Source: Lama glama
Lineage: Eukaryota
NCBI GenBank assembly: GCA_028534125.1
Contig: CM052817.1
Coordinates: forward strand, 57,786,001 to 57,850,000
Direction of reading: 5' to 3'
DNA: 64,000 bases
Part shown: positions 1-13,932 of the stretch, one piece after another
Layout of the letters: each line of letters opens with the position of its first letter
Numbering within the stretch: position 1 is the first letter of the stretch
Made by a program: the position numbers and the translations under genes
The notes under the pieces: generated by a model
What the model saw: only the letters and a program-made list of their open reading frames with translations
The model's database searches: none
What the model was told of the DNA's origin: nothing

Positions 1-1993
1 CATCAGAGCATAGGAACAATTTTTATTATTTTTTAATAAATTTAACTACTTGAAACATCACCAAAGTCGATGAAAAAACTATACATTCTATAATGGATAG
101 TAAAAATTATTTTTAACTGAAATATGACAAGCAAATTGCTGTTTTAATCACTAGGATTGCCATTTAAAACAGATAGTTAAGCATTTACTTTTTAATCTGG
201 GAACACGTTAAAGCAAATGGTATTTTATACCTAAATCACATTTAACATATTTAAAAATAGATAGTAATTTTTTAAGTTTTTAAACTTTAAAAATGTGTTT
301 GATATGTGTGGGTATTCCTGAACTTGATCAAGATTTTCATTTCTCCAAGAATTTTATTCACCTACAGAATCAAAATAGTAAGGCTTTGTAAATTTCATCA
401 AGTGCTAATTTAACAGCTAAGTTTTTATTAATTAACTTGTAAAGGAGACAATAATGAGATTCAAAGGAAACGGCACTGTCTGTGGACAGCTCCAATTCCA
501 GATTCCAAGGAAACTATTAAAACATTTATAGCACTGAGAGTGAGTCAGACAGGTTTTATACTCGCTTGTGTGGCCATATTGCACAGCAGTGGGGGGTTCA
601 AAGTAACAACATTCAGCCATCCATTTAGTCTCCAATTGGAGCGCAGGCAACTGCAATTTGTGATTATGATGATAAATTTCCAAAAATGATGCACTACCTG
701 TAGACCCATGTTAAAAATTATTCAGTGGGGACTAAAAAGTTACCTATGTTGAAAATAAAAATTCACAAATATATACATGTGAGATAAATTGGAAGATTTA
801 AAATGCTTGTTTTAAATAGAGTTATAAAATTTAAATAGAAAATAGCTTAGCATATATTTGTTAATATTATACTATTTTTATTTCATCAGTTTTACTAAGT
901 AAGGCAAATATATGATTTTTTTTTAATACAAAAAAGAAACCTACGTGAAGTATACTCTATATGACCACAGGGTAAAAAAATTTTTTATGATTATTAGCAT
1001 GGGAAAGTGTGAACACTTAGATACTTCTCATAATTTAAATTAAGTATATTTAATAAAGGAAATCTTATTTTACCAATAACTTGAAATCTTAAGAACACAT
1101 ATGACCTCAAAACATACAATGTTAATTTGTCCTGAAAATAACCGCTTTAAAATTATTTAAGCTTAAATATTCTCCTAAATGCTTTGTGAGACTTAAACTA
1201 CAGTCCTCCAGAACTCTTGACAAAAAAGGAGAGAAAGATGTTTATAGAGTTCAGGGAAAGTTGAAAGATGCCCTTTGTCATCTACTCCTTACATTTTTAA
1301 AGAGTAAATGGTAGATCGTTCTCTAGGGAGCCTACAAAATGGCTAAAATTAAATGTTTGGACGTAAATGTGGACTGCAGAGTTAGCTACCCTAATTTAGT
1401 ATTCTCAAAGGTAAATTAAAAGCAATTATATATACTTTTAATGTGCTCAACTGTAATGAATATTATAAGAAACCTAGACTTATAAGAATAATGTATTTTA
1501 AAAGCCCTAGATGACAATGTAGTAAGTATATTTACAAATAATGCTTTTGTTTTCATTTTAAGCATAGTTGTTTAAAATTTTCAATATGCCTTCCCCACTT
1601 TTGACCTGTGATATCTTGACATTCAACAAAAGGGTAAGCCAAAAATTAAGTGGAATAATTGGAAAGAATATTAAATCAATATCTGATAACAATAGTAATA
1701 TAAGATTTTTATGCATTATTTGGGCTTAAAAATTACCTAATGTTCTAATAATAAACATAATGGTTTATTCAAATAATTGTGCCTGTCATCCTTAGACGCT
1801 ACTGGCAACTCAAAATAATGAATTACGCCCAGATAAAGAGGGCCTTTGTATAGACGTGTTCTTATTCTAATGACTTATTATTTATTATTATTCTCCAAAT
1901 ATCTTTTAGGCACCAATTATAAGATGGCCAGAAACAGAAATTTTGTGTCTATAATAAATAAAGACAGATAGTCATTCAATAAAATCAAGTATA

Positions 1994-2440
1994 TGCTACT
2001 CAGACATAAAAAAGAATAAAATAATGCCATTTGCAGCAACACGGATGGACCTAGAGATCCATCATTCTAAGTGAAGCCAGAAAGAGAAAGAAAAATATCA
2101 GATGATATTACTCATTTGTGGAATCTAAAGAAAAAAAGAAGAAAAAAAGGACACTGTGAACTCATCTACAAAACAGAAACAGACTCACAGACATAGTAAG
2201 CAATCTATGGTTACCCGGGGAAAGGGGTAGGAAGGGATAAATTGGGAGTTTGAGATTTGCAATTATTAGCCACTATACATAAAAACAGATTTTAAAAGTT
2301 TCTTCTGTATCGCATAGGGAACTGTATTTAATATCTTACAATAACCTTTAATGAAAAAGAATATGTAAATGAATACATGTATGTATATGTATGACTGGGA
2401 CATTGTGCTGTACACATAGTAACTGTACATCAATAAAAAT
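1994..2440 (+). mobile_element. 5'-truncated LINE-1 (ORF2 C-terminus plus 3'UTR), lineage-specific
   Basis: ATAAAAAAGAATAAAATAATGCCATTTGCAGCAACACGGATGGACCTAGAGATC (IKKNKIMPFAATRMDLEI), then an L1 3'UTR ending CAATAAAAA. Confidence 0.9.
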
Positions 2441-2456
2441 TTTTTACATCAAGTAC

Positions 2457-2494
2457 ATATGTGTGTGTGTGTGTGTACATCTTTTTCCTTTTAT

Positions 2495-2528
<34 letters not shown>
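2457..2528. repeat. Compound microsatellite (GT)8 - spacer - (AC)13(AT)4
   Basis: Directly visible. Confidence 0.95.
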
Positions 2529-3384
2529 GAAAGGAAAAAGATCTTCACTTGGGCTAAGGCAATCCGGACTGGATAAATATATTTCTTGTTGGAGCCATTT
2601 CAGTCTATTGTCCTTAAACAACACTTCACATATTTATACTGGGGGTTTGGTTTATCACTTCTCTTCACCTTCAATCTCTTAAGCACAAGTATACACACTT
2701 GCAGAAATATCTCTACATAAGACATTCTTGATGGAGTGAGAAAGATTAAAATATAGATGTAGACATTTATTTCAGAGATGCTGAAATGGTTTATAAAAAT
2801 TCTACGACTATAAGGAATGCATGCATAATATAATATACCAGGAAAGAGCAATGCTATCTTTGTATAAAAACAATATGTGTGTGTTCTGAAAGGTTGGACT
2901 TCACTGTTCTGTGTCACTCTTTAAGGTATGCTTGAATTAAAACTGACAGCTTTGGCTACAAATAGGCTTTAAAACAATGCCTGTTGTAATGCAATGAATC
3001 CTGACATGAAATTTGTTGGCGCTGGCCATGGTACCCATTACAATCCAAACGTTTATGGCAGGGAAGGCAGATCTGAAATTTAGGCATGAGGGCATTGCTA
3101 TGATAGTTATTCTAAACAGTTGAGTTCAAAACTGAATTTGTCAATTCTATTATCAAATATTATAAAACATGAGGTAAAAATAAATGTTAAGTAATTTAAA
3201 AACTACAATAAAACTTCTTTCAGAAAACTGCTTATTTCCTAATAAACGTACAGTTTTCAGTGTCTTTGAAACTGTAAAAGTCAGTCAGTGTGATGAGTGA
3301 TCAGAGGTAGCTGTGTGATATCATTAATTACACAGTCAGAAATCCAAGCCTTCCTCTTTACTTGATAAGCTGTTGAGGAAGAAA

Positions 3385-3424
3385 GTGAGTGAGCGAGTGC
3401 GTGCATGCGTGCGTGCATGTGTGT
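3385..3424. repeat. Imperfect tetranucleotide microsatellite (GTGA/GTGC)n
   Basis: gtgagtgagcgagtgcgtgcatgcgtgcgtgcatgtgtgt. Confidence 0.8.
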
Positions 3425-4258
3425 AATGGGGAGCAGGAGCCATTATCTGATGCAAAAACAAACATTTACTAAGTCGTCTATGAGGAGATGGTTCAATAAT
3501 AGCTGAGCATTTGTCTAAATCTTCAGGGACCTGGATTCTCTCAAGTGTGACAGAACACTTAACTGCGAGAACTCCTATTTTAAAAGATCACATGTGGCAA
3601 ATGGCTTTGGTATTTTGAGTTCTGCTCAGTGACAGGTTTGTTTTTAATCAGATTAACATTATCTAAGGATAATACAATGACCTTCAATTAGAACCCCTTT
3701 TACGTTTTGTCTGTGTGAGCCCCACCATGTATGGTCTTTGCCTGTACTTTAAGAATGATCTTTAAAACATTTAAAGATGATTATAAAAGAGATATCTTGG
3801 AAGTCATAGAAAATAACCACTGTTCAATGCTGGTCTGTGCACTACTAGTAACACTATAGGAGAGGACAAAAATTAATTCCAGAAAAAGGATATTATCTAC
3901 TTAGCAGAATCCAACTAGACTCAGTGTGAGTGAACAATGCCTAACAGACTTATGGTTTGAAACAGTGATGCTCAGGTGCATAGTCTAAAGTTCTCACTCA
4001 GTCACTCTATCATCTAATGAGCCTGGCATTTGATCTTTTAATAATGTAATATGTGAAAAAGTGCCTGTTACAGAATTTTCAGACAAACACTACAGATTTC
4101 TCTAACTGTGCTGTGTCATCACAAACAAGCGACCAAAGCCCTCGCTGGGCTCTATCAGCAACTCTGCCTACAGGTAAACACTAATTTTGTGAATTTTGCA
4201 GTAATTCACATTGGGAATGGCTCCCCAACTTAGAGCCCCTGGAAATAACAAAAACATA

Positions 4259-4553
4259 ATACAAAACAGAAACAGACTCATAGACATAGAATACAAACTT
4301 GTGGTTACCAGGGGGATGGGGTGGGAAGGGACAGACTGGGATTTCAAAATGTAGAATAGATAAACAAGATTGTACTGTGTAGCACAGGGAAATATATACA
4401 GGATCTTGTGGTAGCTAACAGTGAAAGAGAATGTGACAATGAATGTATGTATGTATGTATGTTCATGTTTAAGTGAAAAACTGTGCTCTACACTGGAATT
4501 TGACACAACACTGTAAAATGACTATAACTCAATAAAAAATGTTAAAAAAAAAA
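4259..4553 (+). mobile_element. Young LINE-1 3'UTR fragment with A tail (camelid-like)
   Basis: ACAAAACAGAAACAGACTCATAGACATAGAA...GACTATAACTCAATAAAAAATGTTAAAAAAAAAA; homologous to the copies near 2160-2440 and 7116-7355. Confidence 0.9.
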
Positions 4554-7115
4554 GAAATTACATAATGCAAGTAATCTAAAAAAAATAGTGCTGAATTAAC
4601 TGAGACACTTTTCATATTCTCATGGAGTAAGAAAATCTAATCAATAATCCTTCTTTTCAGGAATCCATATCGAAACACTTACAGAAAAAAAAAACCCATT
4701 GTTTACTTTGGCATTCTTTTTCTGAGAAGAAAAAGGCAACAGAGGGAACAATCTAAATTGCAGACCTATTTATTCATGTTTCCAGTCCTGTGACTGAACT
4801 CATTATTTTAAAAAATGCTTTCATTTATAATACAGCCCCTTCTCTTTCATAACAGGATGTTTTTAAAAAAAGTATACTATCATTGTTTTCATTACTTATA
4901 GTTGACACACCTTCCATTTAATTTACCCTTTCAAACCCATTTATTTGCAATGTTTTGATATAATTATTGTCTTTAATAAGATGTATAAATACAATCTACC
5001 AGTATTAGGCAAACTCTTTTATGCCAAGAAAGATAGGGGTTTGCCAAGAACCACAAGCTAAACTTAACTTTGATCTTAACTTTGATCTGCTGAAAGTGAA
5101 GAGACGGCAAATGAATGGGTCAGTCAGCTGCCTGGTGGGTTACTCTTTTCTGCAGCACTTGACCTAGAACTGCGGCTTTTCCTCATGAAAGCATAATGAT
5201 AAACACCATGAACCTGAGCAGGCACAGCCATCACTGTCCTAAGGTCCAGTTGGTTCTTATGTAAATAGAGGGCTAGGAGTATTATCTGAACAGCATGGTC
5301 ACAGTGGATAGAAATGAGCAAGGAAAGTGGGCCGGATGTGTGTCTAGATATGGCTTGAAGCCAAAGCACAGCTATTAAAGGCAGTACTAAAATGGCACCT
5401 ACTATTTAAAAACTGGGTCAAGAAAGCCTATAATCACATATCTTCTCTATCTCTACAGCACTCACTCATCAGAGAGCTCTTCCAAGAAAAGAGAGGACAG
5501 TGCAGAAAAATAAAGTTCATTTCTGCCTCAACCCCAAAGTGCATGAAACTTGGCACAAGAGATCTTCCAGCTGAAAAGCAGTCTCATGTTCCAGCATCAG
5601 CTTTAATGTCTCTCACATCCCTTCTCCACAACAATAAAGGGATGAAGCCGTTTGTATTTTATGCACATCTGTTACATCTTATCCTTTGTTTTTCATTTAG
5701 ATAAATAGGCCTTTATACCCTAGGTACTACAGGAAATCCCAAAGCTCAGAAAATCGCTAATGAGAATGGAAGGAACTAAGCATCATGGAAGCTGAAGCAC
5801 ACGGTGCAGCACTGCTCAGCATTCATGTAACAGTGTCATCAGTGCAGCAGCTGTTCAGTGAGCTTTACTGGAACTTGAGTCTCACATCCTAAATCTGACG
5901 CATCTCTTTTTAATAAAGATGGTAACTTTATGCCTTGCAAAACAGACAACCAACCAAAAAGTCCTCAGATACCATTTTTTTTTAATAATGAATTAACCCT
6001 TTGTCTTTTCTGAGGCCTCTCCTTTCTCTTCTCAGTAGCTTCACTAATATTTCAAGGATGAGCCCACGGAACAGTGTAAACTTTAGGCCAAGGAAAATGC
6101 CTTATACACTGTAGGTACTCAAGGAATATTTGTTCAGTAAATGAATAAGTGAAGTTTGAATGGGAAATTGTACTGTAAACTGTAGAATGAATTTAAAATG
6201 GGTACATAGTTCATCTCTAAATTAACTGAATTATGTAGGGTTAGCTCACTGATAAATTTTCACTACTAAATTTCACATCATTCACTAAAGACAGGCAGCG
6301 TTGGAGAGTTACAGAGTTGATGGTTGCATTATCTGTAGCTTCTAATATACCCAGCTTCTAACATGTAAATTTTAAAATATAAATTTCAGAACATTTAAGG
6401 CTGTAACACTTTTGATTAGTCTTTTGAGAAACTTTAGATCAATATATGCTATCTGTAAGGAAAAGCCTATTCATGTATGACATAATAAAATTTTTAAGTC
6501 ACATGAACCACCACCAGAAATCTGTAAGAGTGAAATTATGATTACAAAATCCAGCAGACCCAGACAAATGAAGACACCTTTCAATAAAGCTTATAGATAT
6601 CAAAGGACATTCAACTTAAAAAAACCCCAACTGTATAAAACCAAGTAGAAAATAACGAAAGGACCAAACCTATAATTAGTGATATAATTTCTGCCTAACT
6701 ACTAATTTATTTTAATAGCTATGCTGGAACCAGTGAGATATCTTTTTAGACCTTAGCTAAAGAATATTTATATACACCTTACTCTGCAGAGCTATCTTAA
6801 ACAAGAGCGTACCCTTGAAGGGAAAGGAAGTAGGAAGATAGGAAAGTTCCCATTTTCTAATCCCAACAGATATTATTTCACTGATACTCCATTTCTGTAT
6901 GAGTTCACATAGAGTACGAATATTCCTTGTAGATTAGTTTTACTGACAATCAAACTGAACAAGTTATTTTAGGGCTATGTGGTATCCAGAGATACTGTAC
7001 TGTTAATTGGCATCACTAAATAACATTTTGAAATTATGATGAGTTTAAATGTACTAGTTGAAGGCTTGATTGGACACTGATAAATCACATATTTGATCTC
7101 TAAAGAAATGGATGG

Positions 7116-7355
7116 GTGGGTAGGGACAGACTGGGAGTTCGAGATTTATAGATACTGACAGGTATATACATAGAATAGATAAACAAGTTTACACTGTACA
7201 GCACAGGGTAATCTATTCAAGATCTTGTAGTAGCTCACGGTGAAAAAGAATATGAAAATGAATATATGTATATCCATGTATGACTGAAGAATTGTGCTGT
7301 ACACTAGAAATTGACACAACGTTGTAAACTGACTATAACTCAATTTAAAAAAAGG
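7116..7355 (+). mobile_element. Young LINE-1 3'UTR fragment with 14-bp target-site duplication
   Basis: Homologous to 4320-4550; TSD AAAGAAATGGATGG at 7102-7115 and 7356-7369. Confidence 0.92.
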
Positions 7356-7934
7356 AAAGAAATGGATGGATTCATATCTTAATAGGCTTTATCCTCCTGT
7401 CATCTGCTACAAATTTGGAACCCATTTCTTCTAATTCACAAATTTTATTTTTATATTGGAAAATTAAATTATCATTTTAATAATTAAGAGGTGATTTGAA
7501 ATTCATTGCACTTCATAGCTGTCTCTTATTTTTGGGGTTTCTCATAGATTATTTTAAGGGATAAGAATTATGTGGAAACCAAATGCTGTGATTGTCCTAA
7601 TTTTTAAGTCCCAAATTTCTAATGTGCATTTTAGCAAAAGAGGTCAAAAAAACAAGAATAATCTTTTGGATCTGTCTTTCCCTTCCACCAGATCCTGCAA
7701 GACCTGGGGTTCATTCCTCCTCTTGTTGTAGCTTTACATTTTACTTTTATTTATTTTATCTTTTATTCTTCCATCACTGCCTTCAATCATCCTGTAACCA
7801 ATTCTTTCCAGATAACTCTCTAACTTCTATTTTGTAGCTATACTTTTATATCTATCAGAATATTTTAAGCATGAATATAAAATGAATAGTCTTCCCTTTA
7901 TAATAACTACCACTGGATTTGCAATTTTGATACT

Positions 7935-8110
7935 AAACACTTACTTAGCACTTAGCAAGTGTACTATGGCAAACATTTTATTGAAATCCTATGACATGGG
8001 GGCAATTTTTATCCTTATTTCATAGCTGAAGAAATTGAAGGCATCTTGCTCAAAGTCTCATAGTTGGCAAATGGTCTGACTGTAAAAATGAAGCTTTCAC
8101 CTACTGTATT
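7935..8110 (-). mobile_element. MIR SINE remnant
   Basis: Degenerate core ATCCTTATTTCATAGCTGAAGAAATTGAAG...CTTGCTCAAAGTCTCATAG. Confidence 0.6.
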
Positions 8111-8257
8111 GTAAGGCTTCCTGTGGTATCACTATAAACCTTTCATTGCATGGTCTTTACATTTGGGATCTTCAGCTTTAAACTGATTTAAGATGCAGTC
8201 ATGGGCACAGTCTTTTCACTTGCATTGGAAGTTGACTACTAAAAAATTGGTCTGCAG

Positions 8258-8414
8258 GGGCGAGGGTGTTAGCTCAGTGGTAGAGTACATACTTAGCATG
8301 CCCGAAGTCCTAGATTCAATCTCAGTATCTTGATTAAACATAAACAAATAAATAAACCTAATTACCTCTCCCTCCACCAAAAAATAAATAAATAAAACAA
8401 GACAAAAATCTTCA
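8258..8414 (+). mobile_element. tRNA-derived SINE (vic-1-like, camelid) with 17-bp TSD
   Basis: A-box TAGCTCAGTGG, degenerate B-box GATTCAATC, tail AAATAAATAAACCTAATTACC...A-rich; TSD AAAAAATTGGTCTGCAG at 8241-8257 and 8415-8431. Confidence 0.9.
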
Positions 8415-10364
8415 AAAAAATTGGTCTGCAGAAGAAATAAAGCTAGGCCTAGAGTACCTGAATGTGTTAATAAGAGGTTTGAACTTCAGTTTGCATGCAG
8501 TGGTGTCTTAACTCTTCACCTCTACTACTTCAGCAGAAAAGCTGAGCTTCAAATGTGCTTTTTTTAGCTCTAGTTACAAAATCCTGTGACAAGTCATGCT
8601 TCATACCAGATAGGTTAGCCAGGTCAGAAGGAGTCTAGGGTCACACAGTTAATGCTCAGTGAGGTCAAGCCAATATCAAGAGATCAGGTAAGAAGCAAAG
8701 TGAACTAAATCAGGGTGCAAAATAATACATTAATATGAGAACTGCTCCCTCAAAAAAGTTATATATACGAGTATGTTTCTCTGTGTGCACACACAGAAAC
8801 ATTTCTGGAATGGTACTCCCAAAACTTTTAGCAATAGTAATAACAGGATAAAATATGTATTTTGGATGAAAATATAATTTGTTTTAAAATAATGGTTTAC
8901 TTCCTATGTTTATGGTTTGCAGAGTCAGGGGAGCAGAAGACAACAATAAAGAAATAAAAATAAAGAACAGGCAGATAAGCCAGGGACAAGCACAGAGAGC
9001 GGCACAGAGGAGGTGCCTCGTCAACAGCTGGCGGACGAAGGTCAGGGCAGCCGCAGTTAGGGCTTGATGCAAGCGATGCACAAGCTGACTTGGCAAGGTG
9101 CTGCATCTAAGTGGTGCTGGCTTCGAATACTCCCAGGAAGTGCAGGCCTATGGAATTAAAGCCCACCACACACAAAATCCCCTGACGTAGTATGTCTACA
9201 AATTGTAAGAATTTAGACTGCGTAGAGGGGAAAATTGCTTTCACTTAGCCGGGCACCTGGGCTGGATTAGATGACCCTCAAAGCTGGGAGTGGAGGGTGT
9301 CTACCTCCTTCAAGAAACTTTCTGCAGCCAAATGTTCTCCCTCTTCCCCATCAACGCTTCTTTATCTCAAGACGGAGGAAGGAGCTTGATACCCAGGGGT
9401 AAGGACTCTCTCATTTGAAGCTGGATTTGGGCTGTCTTGTCCAAAGAACACATGTCAAGATTCCAGAAACACTCTCTTAAACAGACTGGTAATTTTTCCA
9501 TTTCTGCCACTTCGGAGGATTTTAGGCACATCACTTCGGTAATTCCACTCCCATCTCCACAGAGGTAAGAAAATCCAGTACTCACTGAGCACTCACTACG
9601 CGCTGGTCACTTTTCTAAACACTACATATTACAGCTTGTTGATTTCTAGTATTCCTATTGTCCTTCACTTGGGAGATTTGGGAGTGAAGCAAAGTGGCTG
9701 GCCCAGGATGGCCCAGTGGCTAAATGGGGAAGCAGAACTCTCACCCCAGCAATGCAACCATAGACCATTGTGTTAACATTTTCCCTATAAGCCTCCTAAG
9801 AACTCAGAGCAAATTAAAAGTACACCATGTCCTATTAATTTGAAACAGGCACAAGAAATCTCAGGGGAAAAAATCTGGTATTCAACAGAAACTATTTTAC
9901 GAAGAGAATATGGTTGGTTTAAACAAAGTGGTCTTTTGATGAACTTGGCATAAGAAATTTCAAGTGTGCTTTGGTTATTGTTTTCCCTAATCTGTGACTG
10001 AGTGGCCTCTGTTCCCTGGAATACTTCACATGCCTTCTCCCTCTGCCGTAGGTGTGTTTCTTTCTTTTCAGACACCACAGGCCTATGAGTATCTGCAAAT
10101 TGTTTAATTTTGTTGTCGCTGTTGTGTTTCACCACTGTGAATAAGCACAGGAAATAAATGTATCTGTAACCATGACCTTCAACATCTGCAAATAAAACCT
10201 TGTTATATAATGTGAAGAGATAAAACAATGCCATGCTTGTTAATCTATAAACTAAGATAAAACCACAGTTTGAAAGTAAAGCTTAGTAAGTAGAAACACT
10301 GATAATACTAAATTTATGACTTCTCTTTTAATGTTTGGATTGCAAACAAATTTGGGAGCTAATG

Positions 10365-10575
10365 TAGGGAGTATAATGGTTAGTAGCATGGGCTTTGAGC
10401 TACATGTCCCTGCAAATTCTAAATATTAGTTCTTTGATCAAAAGCAAGTTGTTTTAACTTTTCAAAATGCCTACATCCTAGGTTATTGTGGAGATTACAT
10501 GGAATAATGCATGTAAAGGCCACAATCCAATGTCTGGTACTTATTAAATGCTCAATATATGTCAGCAATTATAAT
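10365..10575 (+). mobile_element. MIR SINE remnant
   Basis: GTATAATGGTTAGTAGCATGGGCTTTG...GGTTATTGTGGAGATTACATGGAATAATGCATGTAAAG...AAATGCTCAATATATGTCAGC. Confidence 0.7.
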
Positions 10576-10974
10576 GATTTGCAACCAAGTCATAGTAAAC
10601 TCAGTTTAAGATACTGTGTTCCTTTGGTTCAATGATGTACAATTTTCCTTTTTTTCATTTTTGATATTGGGATACATTTTTAAAATTAGTGTGTATATTT
10701 CCCTCTCTGCCTGTCTTCTCAAGGTCTTCCAGTAATATTATTAAATCCATAGTATATATTATTAGGCGTTAGATTGAAGAATATACGGAATAAGTATTAT
10801 GCTGCACGTTTGGTTCAACGGCAAAAATCAAAGGTCAATTAACCAAGACGTGAAGAGATTCTATTGATTACTCTGAAGATTTAACCTCCAAAGTTGCTTT
10901 TTATCCTGTCACATCTTCCTGAACAAAGCTAATTCTGTTTCTTGCACATATTCTTATTCAACTCTTCAGCAGAC

Positions 10975-11170
10975 ATCTGCCCTGTAACCAGCATAATGCT
11001 AAGTGTTGGAGATTCTGAGAGTAAGATGCTATCCCTGACCTACAGGAGCTCTAGACTAGGAGGGGTAACACACACATGAAGACATTCTTACAGCACAGTT
11101 GTTGTCTGCAGCAATAGATGGGGATCCAAGGAACGAAAATAATATGGAGGAGGGAAGGATTCGCTTAAGG
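10975..11170. mobile_element. L2 LINE remnant
   Basis: GCTAAGTGTTGGAGATTC...CCCTGACCTACAGGAGCTCTAGACTAG resembles the L2 3' region. Confidence 0.5.
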
Positions 11171-13932
11171 AATTCTCACTGCACTTTGAGTGCACTTAAA
11201 ATGCACAACCACTGGTAGATAACCAATTTATGACTTTTCAAGTTGTATGATTTCCATAGTCTTCAAAATATTGAGGGTTCTTTCTCACTCAAATGTAGTG
11301 ATGTTGTTAATTCCTTACATAAAAGGGGCACTGATCCCAATCACAAATTCCCGCCTCCTGGAATCTCTCTGAGCCATAGATCAGTGTGTGCAGGGAAAGA
11401 CCTGCTTATCTAAGAATATGTCCAGTGTCAGAGAAGCAGATAGCCAGGCAGTGGTTGTATTCAGGGGCCATGTTCCCCGTTTTGCTGGTGAGAGTACAGA
11501 GCCAAGACGTAAACTCTTTACCCACATGGGTAGAATCTTGACATCTGAAATGTTCACCGAACTAAATTTCTTGCTGGATATTCCTCCCATGAAATCTGAG
11601 GAACAGGAAAATGAGTGCGGAGCCATGTTTGAAAATAATGAGAATTTACTGTAATTCATTTAATTCTTTGTAGATATCCTCTTTTAAGTTATCATTTGTT
11701 CTGTTTTAATTATCCTTTGGTATATAAACTATACTGTATCTTTATGTGTTTATAATTGATCAAGCAAGGGCAGATTTGAGAACACAGAACAAAAGGAGTT
11801 GTTTTAAGTTCAGAAGGAGATTCTCCTCCTCCATGAACAAGTGGCATTCTGTTTCTATTTTATCTTAGGCTGAAACTTTTTTTGTCATTTGATTTCACAA
11901 GCATTTTAATGTTTGCTGAAAGATTTAAACAGAAATATTGAATAGTGAAATCAAGACAGAAACAAAATAAACAAATAGCTGGCTATGAAAGTGACCCTGT
12001 AAGTTGCTCAGTCCATTGAAAATACACTTGTATTTATGTGGAGAAGCAATTGCTTTATGAAATTATCTAAACTAAGAATAAAAACATATAGCTTTAGACT
12101 GATAAAAATCTAAAGTTTAAATATGTTTAACCTTTCTTCTTCAATATATATATATTGTTCTCTATTTTCAAATTTGCCCTTAATGAGTTAAAGTATCTTG
12201 AATCTATGCTCAGAGGCATAGAAGCTCATCTTCAAGATTCACGCTTATCTGGGTGGAGTTACAGAGTTGCCTTGGTAACAGCTACTTTCACCAAAGTAAG
12301 TGTTAATAATGGAAAAATTTTAAAATGCAGATGTCAAAAATAGGGCAGCATGGGGAAAGAATGTTTTAAGTTCCTTTTTCCCCCCCACATCTATTTTATA
12401 AGATTTATAGTACTTTCAGAAATTTTTGTGTTTAAAATATTACATATACAGAGTGCTTCTCTTTCAAGTACTCACCTTAAAAATTATGAAATGTTCAGAA
12501 AATCTGAATGTCAAATGATCAAAAAAGCAAAGGCCCTTAACTTTGAAAAACAAGAGGGCTCACATATAATTGTGATGCTGCTGCTTGCCTCCTAGTACTG
12601 GTGAACAGAATCCCGTAGCCAGAACCAGAACATTTCTGGCATTTGGTCTAGAATCATTTTGAAGGGTAAATCTGGAGCTGTGATACTAGGCACAGAAAAT
12701 TTGGCTTTTGGCTCCAAAAATATGCTTAGGATTTGTTACTTCTTTCCTTCAGCAACGGGCTCTCAGCCAAATAATTTTTAACTGAATCTCAGAGCCCAGT
12801 TTTTGCTTCAACTACTGAGATCCTATTTCAAGTCACAGTGAAGATGGGGGGAGAGTGAATTACTAACACTTGTGAGATCCCAAGACAAACTAAATCCATA
12901 CAATTCCTGTTTCTATATTAAAAATAACAAGATATTGAGGAAAGAAAGTGTAATATTATTCACCTACTTAGCTGGTTTCTGCCACCTTAAAGTCCAGTGG
13001 GTAAGTTTTTTGTTTGTTTTTTAAACCTAAACTTGGTGGAAGACAGCACATAAACATTTTAAACAAAATATTAAACTGGAATAATGAATCATTTAAAATC
13101 AATATCTTAGATTTTCCTTAGAGTGAGTCTTCAATTGATCTTTTACAAATAAATTGAATTTTATTCGTAAAAGGGGCAGGAGAAGTGAATAATAGACTTC
13201 GCCTCTTTCCTACATTTAATATTGATATTCAGTTCTTTTAACACTATGTAAAAATCCTATTTTTTCCTTTCCAAATGACAATAAAGTGAAGCATTTTCCT
13301 TTAATGCATAATTGGTAAAATTTAGAGATACAAAGTATCTTCCACCTCATGATACAACTTTGTAGCTGAATTTATTTAAGCTTTTTTTTGCCTTTAAATA
13401 TGAAACAACTGTTCCACATCTTAGCTAGGTGTTAAATGAGTAAGGATCTAGTACCAACTTTAATTTAATCTCTCCTAAAATTTTAAGTATAATTAACATG
13501 GTCTAATGTTCCAAAGATGTCATGTTTACTGGCCTATAACAGTTGTACTGAGTTTTCATTGAATGAAATATGTATTTCCCTTAATTTTTTTGTTTTCCAA
13601 TCATCTCATAACCCACCTCTGAATACATTGGACATGTGTACAGGTGTGTAACATAAAGATCCATTAGAAAGCCTTTCTTTGTGTTATGGTCTTTCCATTT
13701 CTTTTTAAATAACATTAACTTCCATTTTAAATTACTAAAATTCATTGTGTTTTTCACAATTTGTCGAGTAGTACTTTATGAAATGGAAAAGGATACTCAC
13801 ATAGTTCAAATAACTACATTTTTGAAGTAATCATGAATTTTAAATTCCTATTTTGGCAACAAAATCTATATGATCTTTCCTAAATTCTTTTAGTATTCTG
13901 CCCACTTAATTATCCTTTATGATTTTCAGGTA

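Noticed and set aside
5063..5088. 12-bp duplication (similarly an 11-bp one near 47558-47584)
   Set aside because: Ordinary slippage-scale events.
8258..8330. tRNA gene (also 45040-45111)
   Set aside because: Degenerate cloverleaf with a SINE tail and TSD: these are SINE heads.
9785..10234. 149-aa ORF and other short ORFs (for example 11381-11659, 31573-31929, 54862-55269)
   Set aside because: No recognisable domain, low complexity or repeat-derived, with lengths expected by chance.
12470..12535. 28-nt cryptic microexon on minus (CAG acceptor at 12505-12504, AAG|GTGAGT donor at 12475)
   Set aside because: Frame-shifting with no independent support; such pairs are common in long introns.
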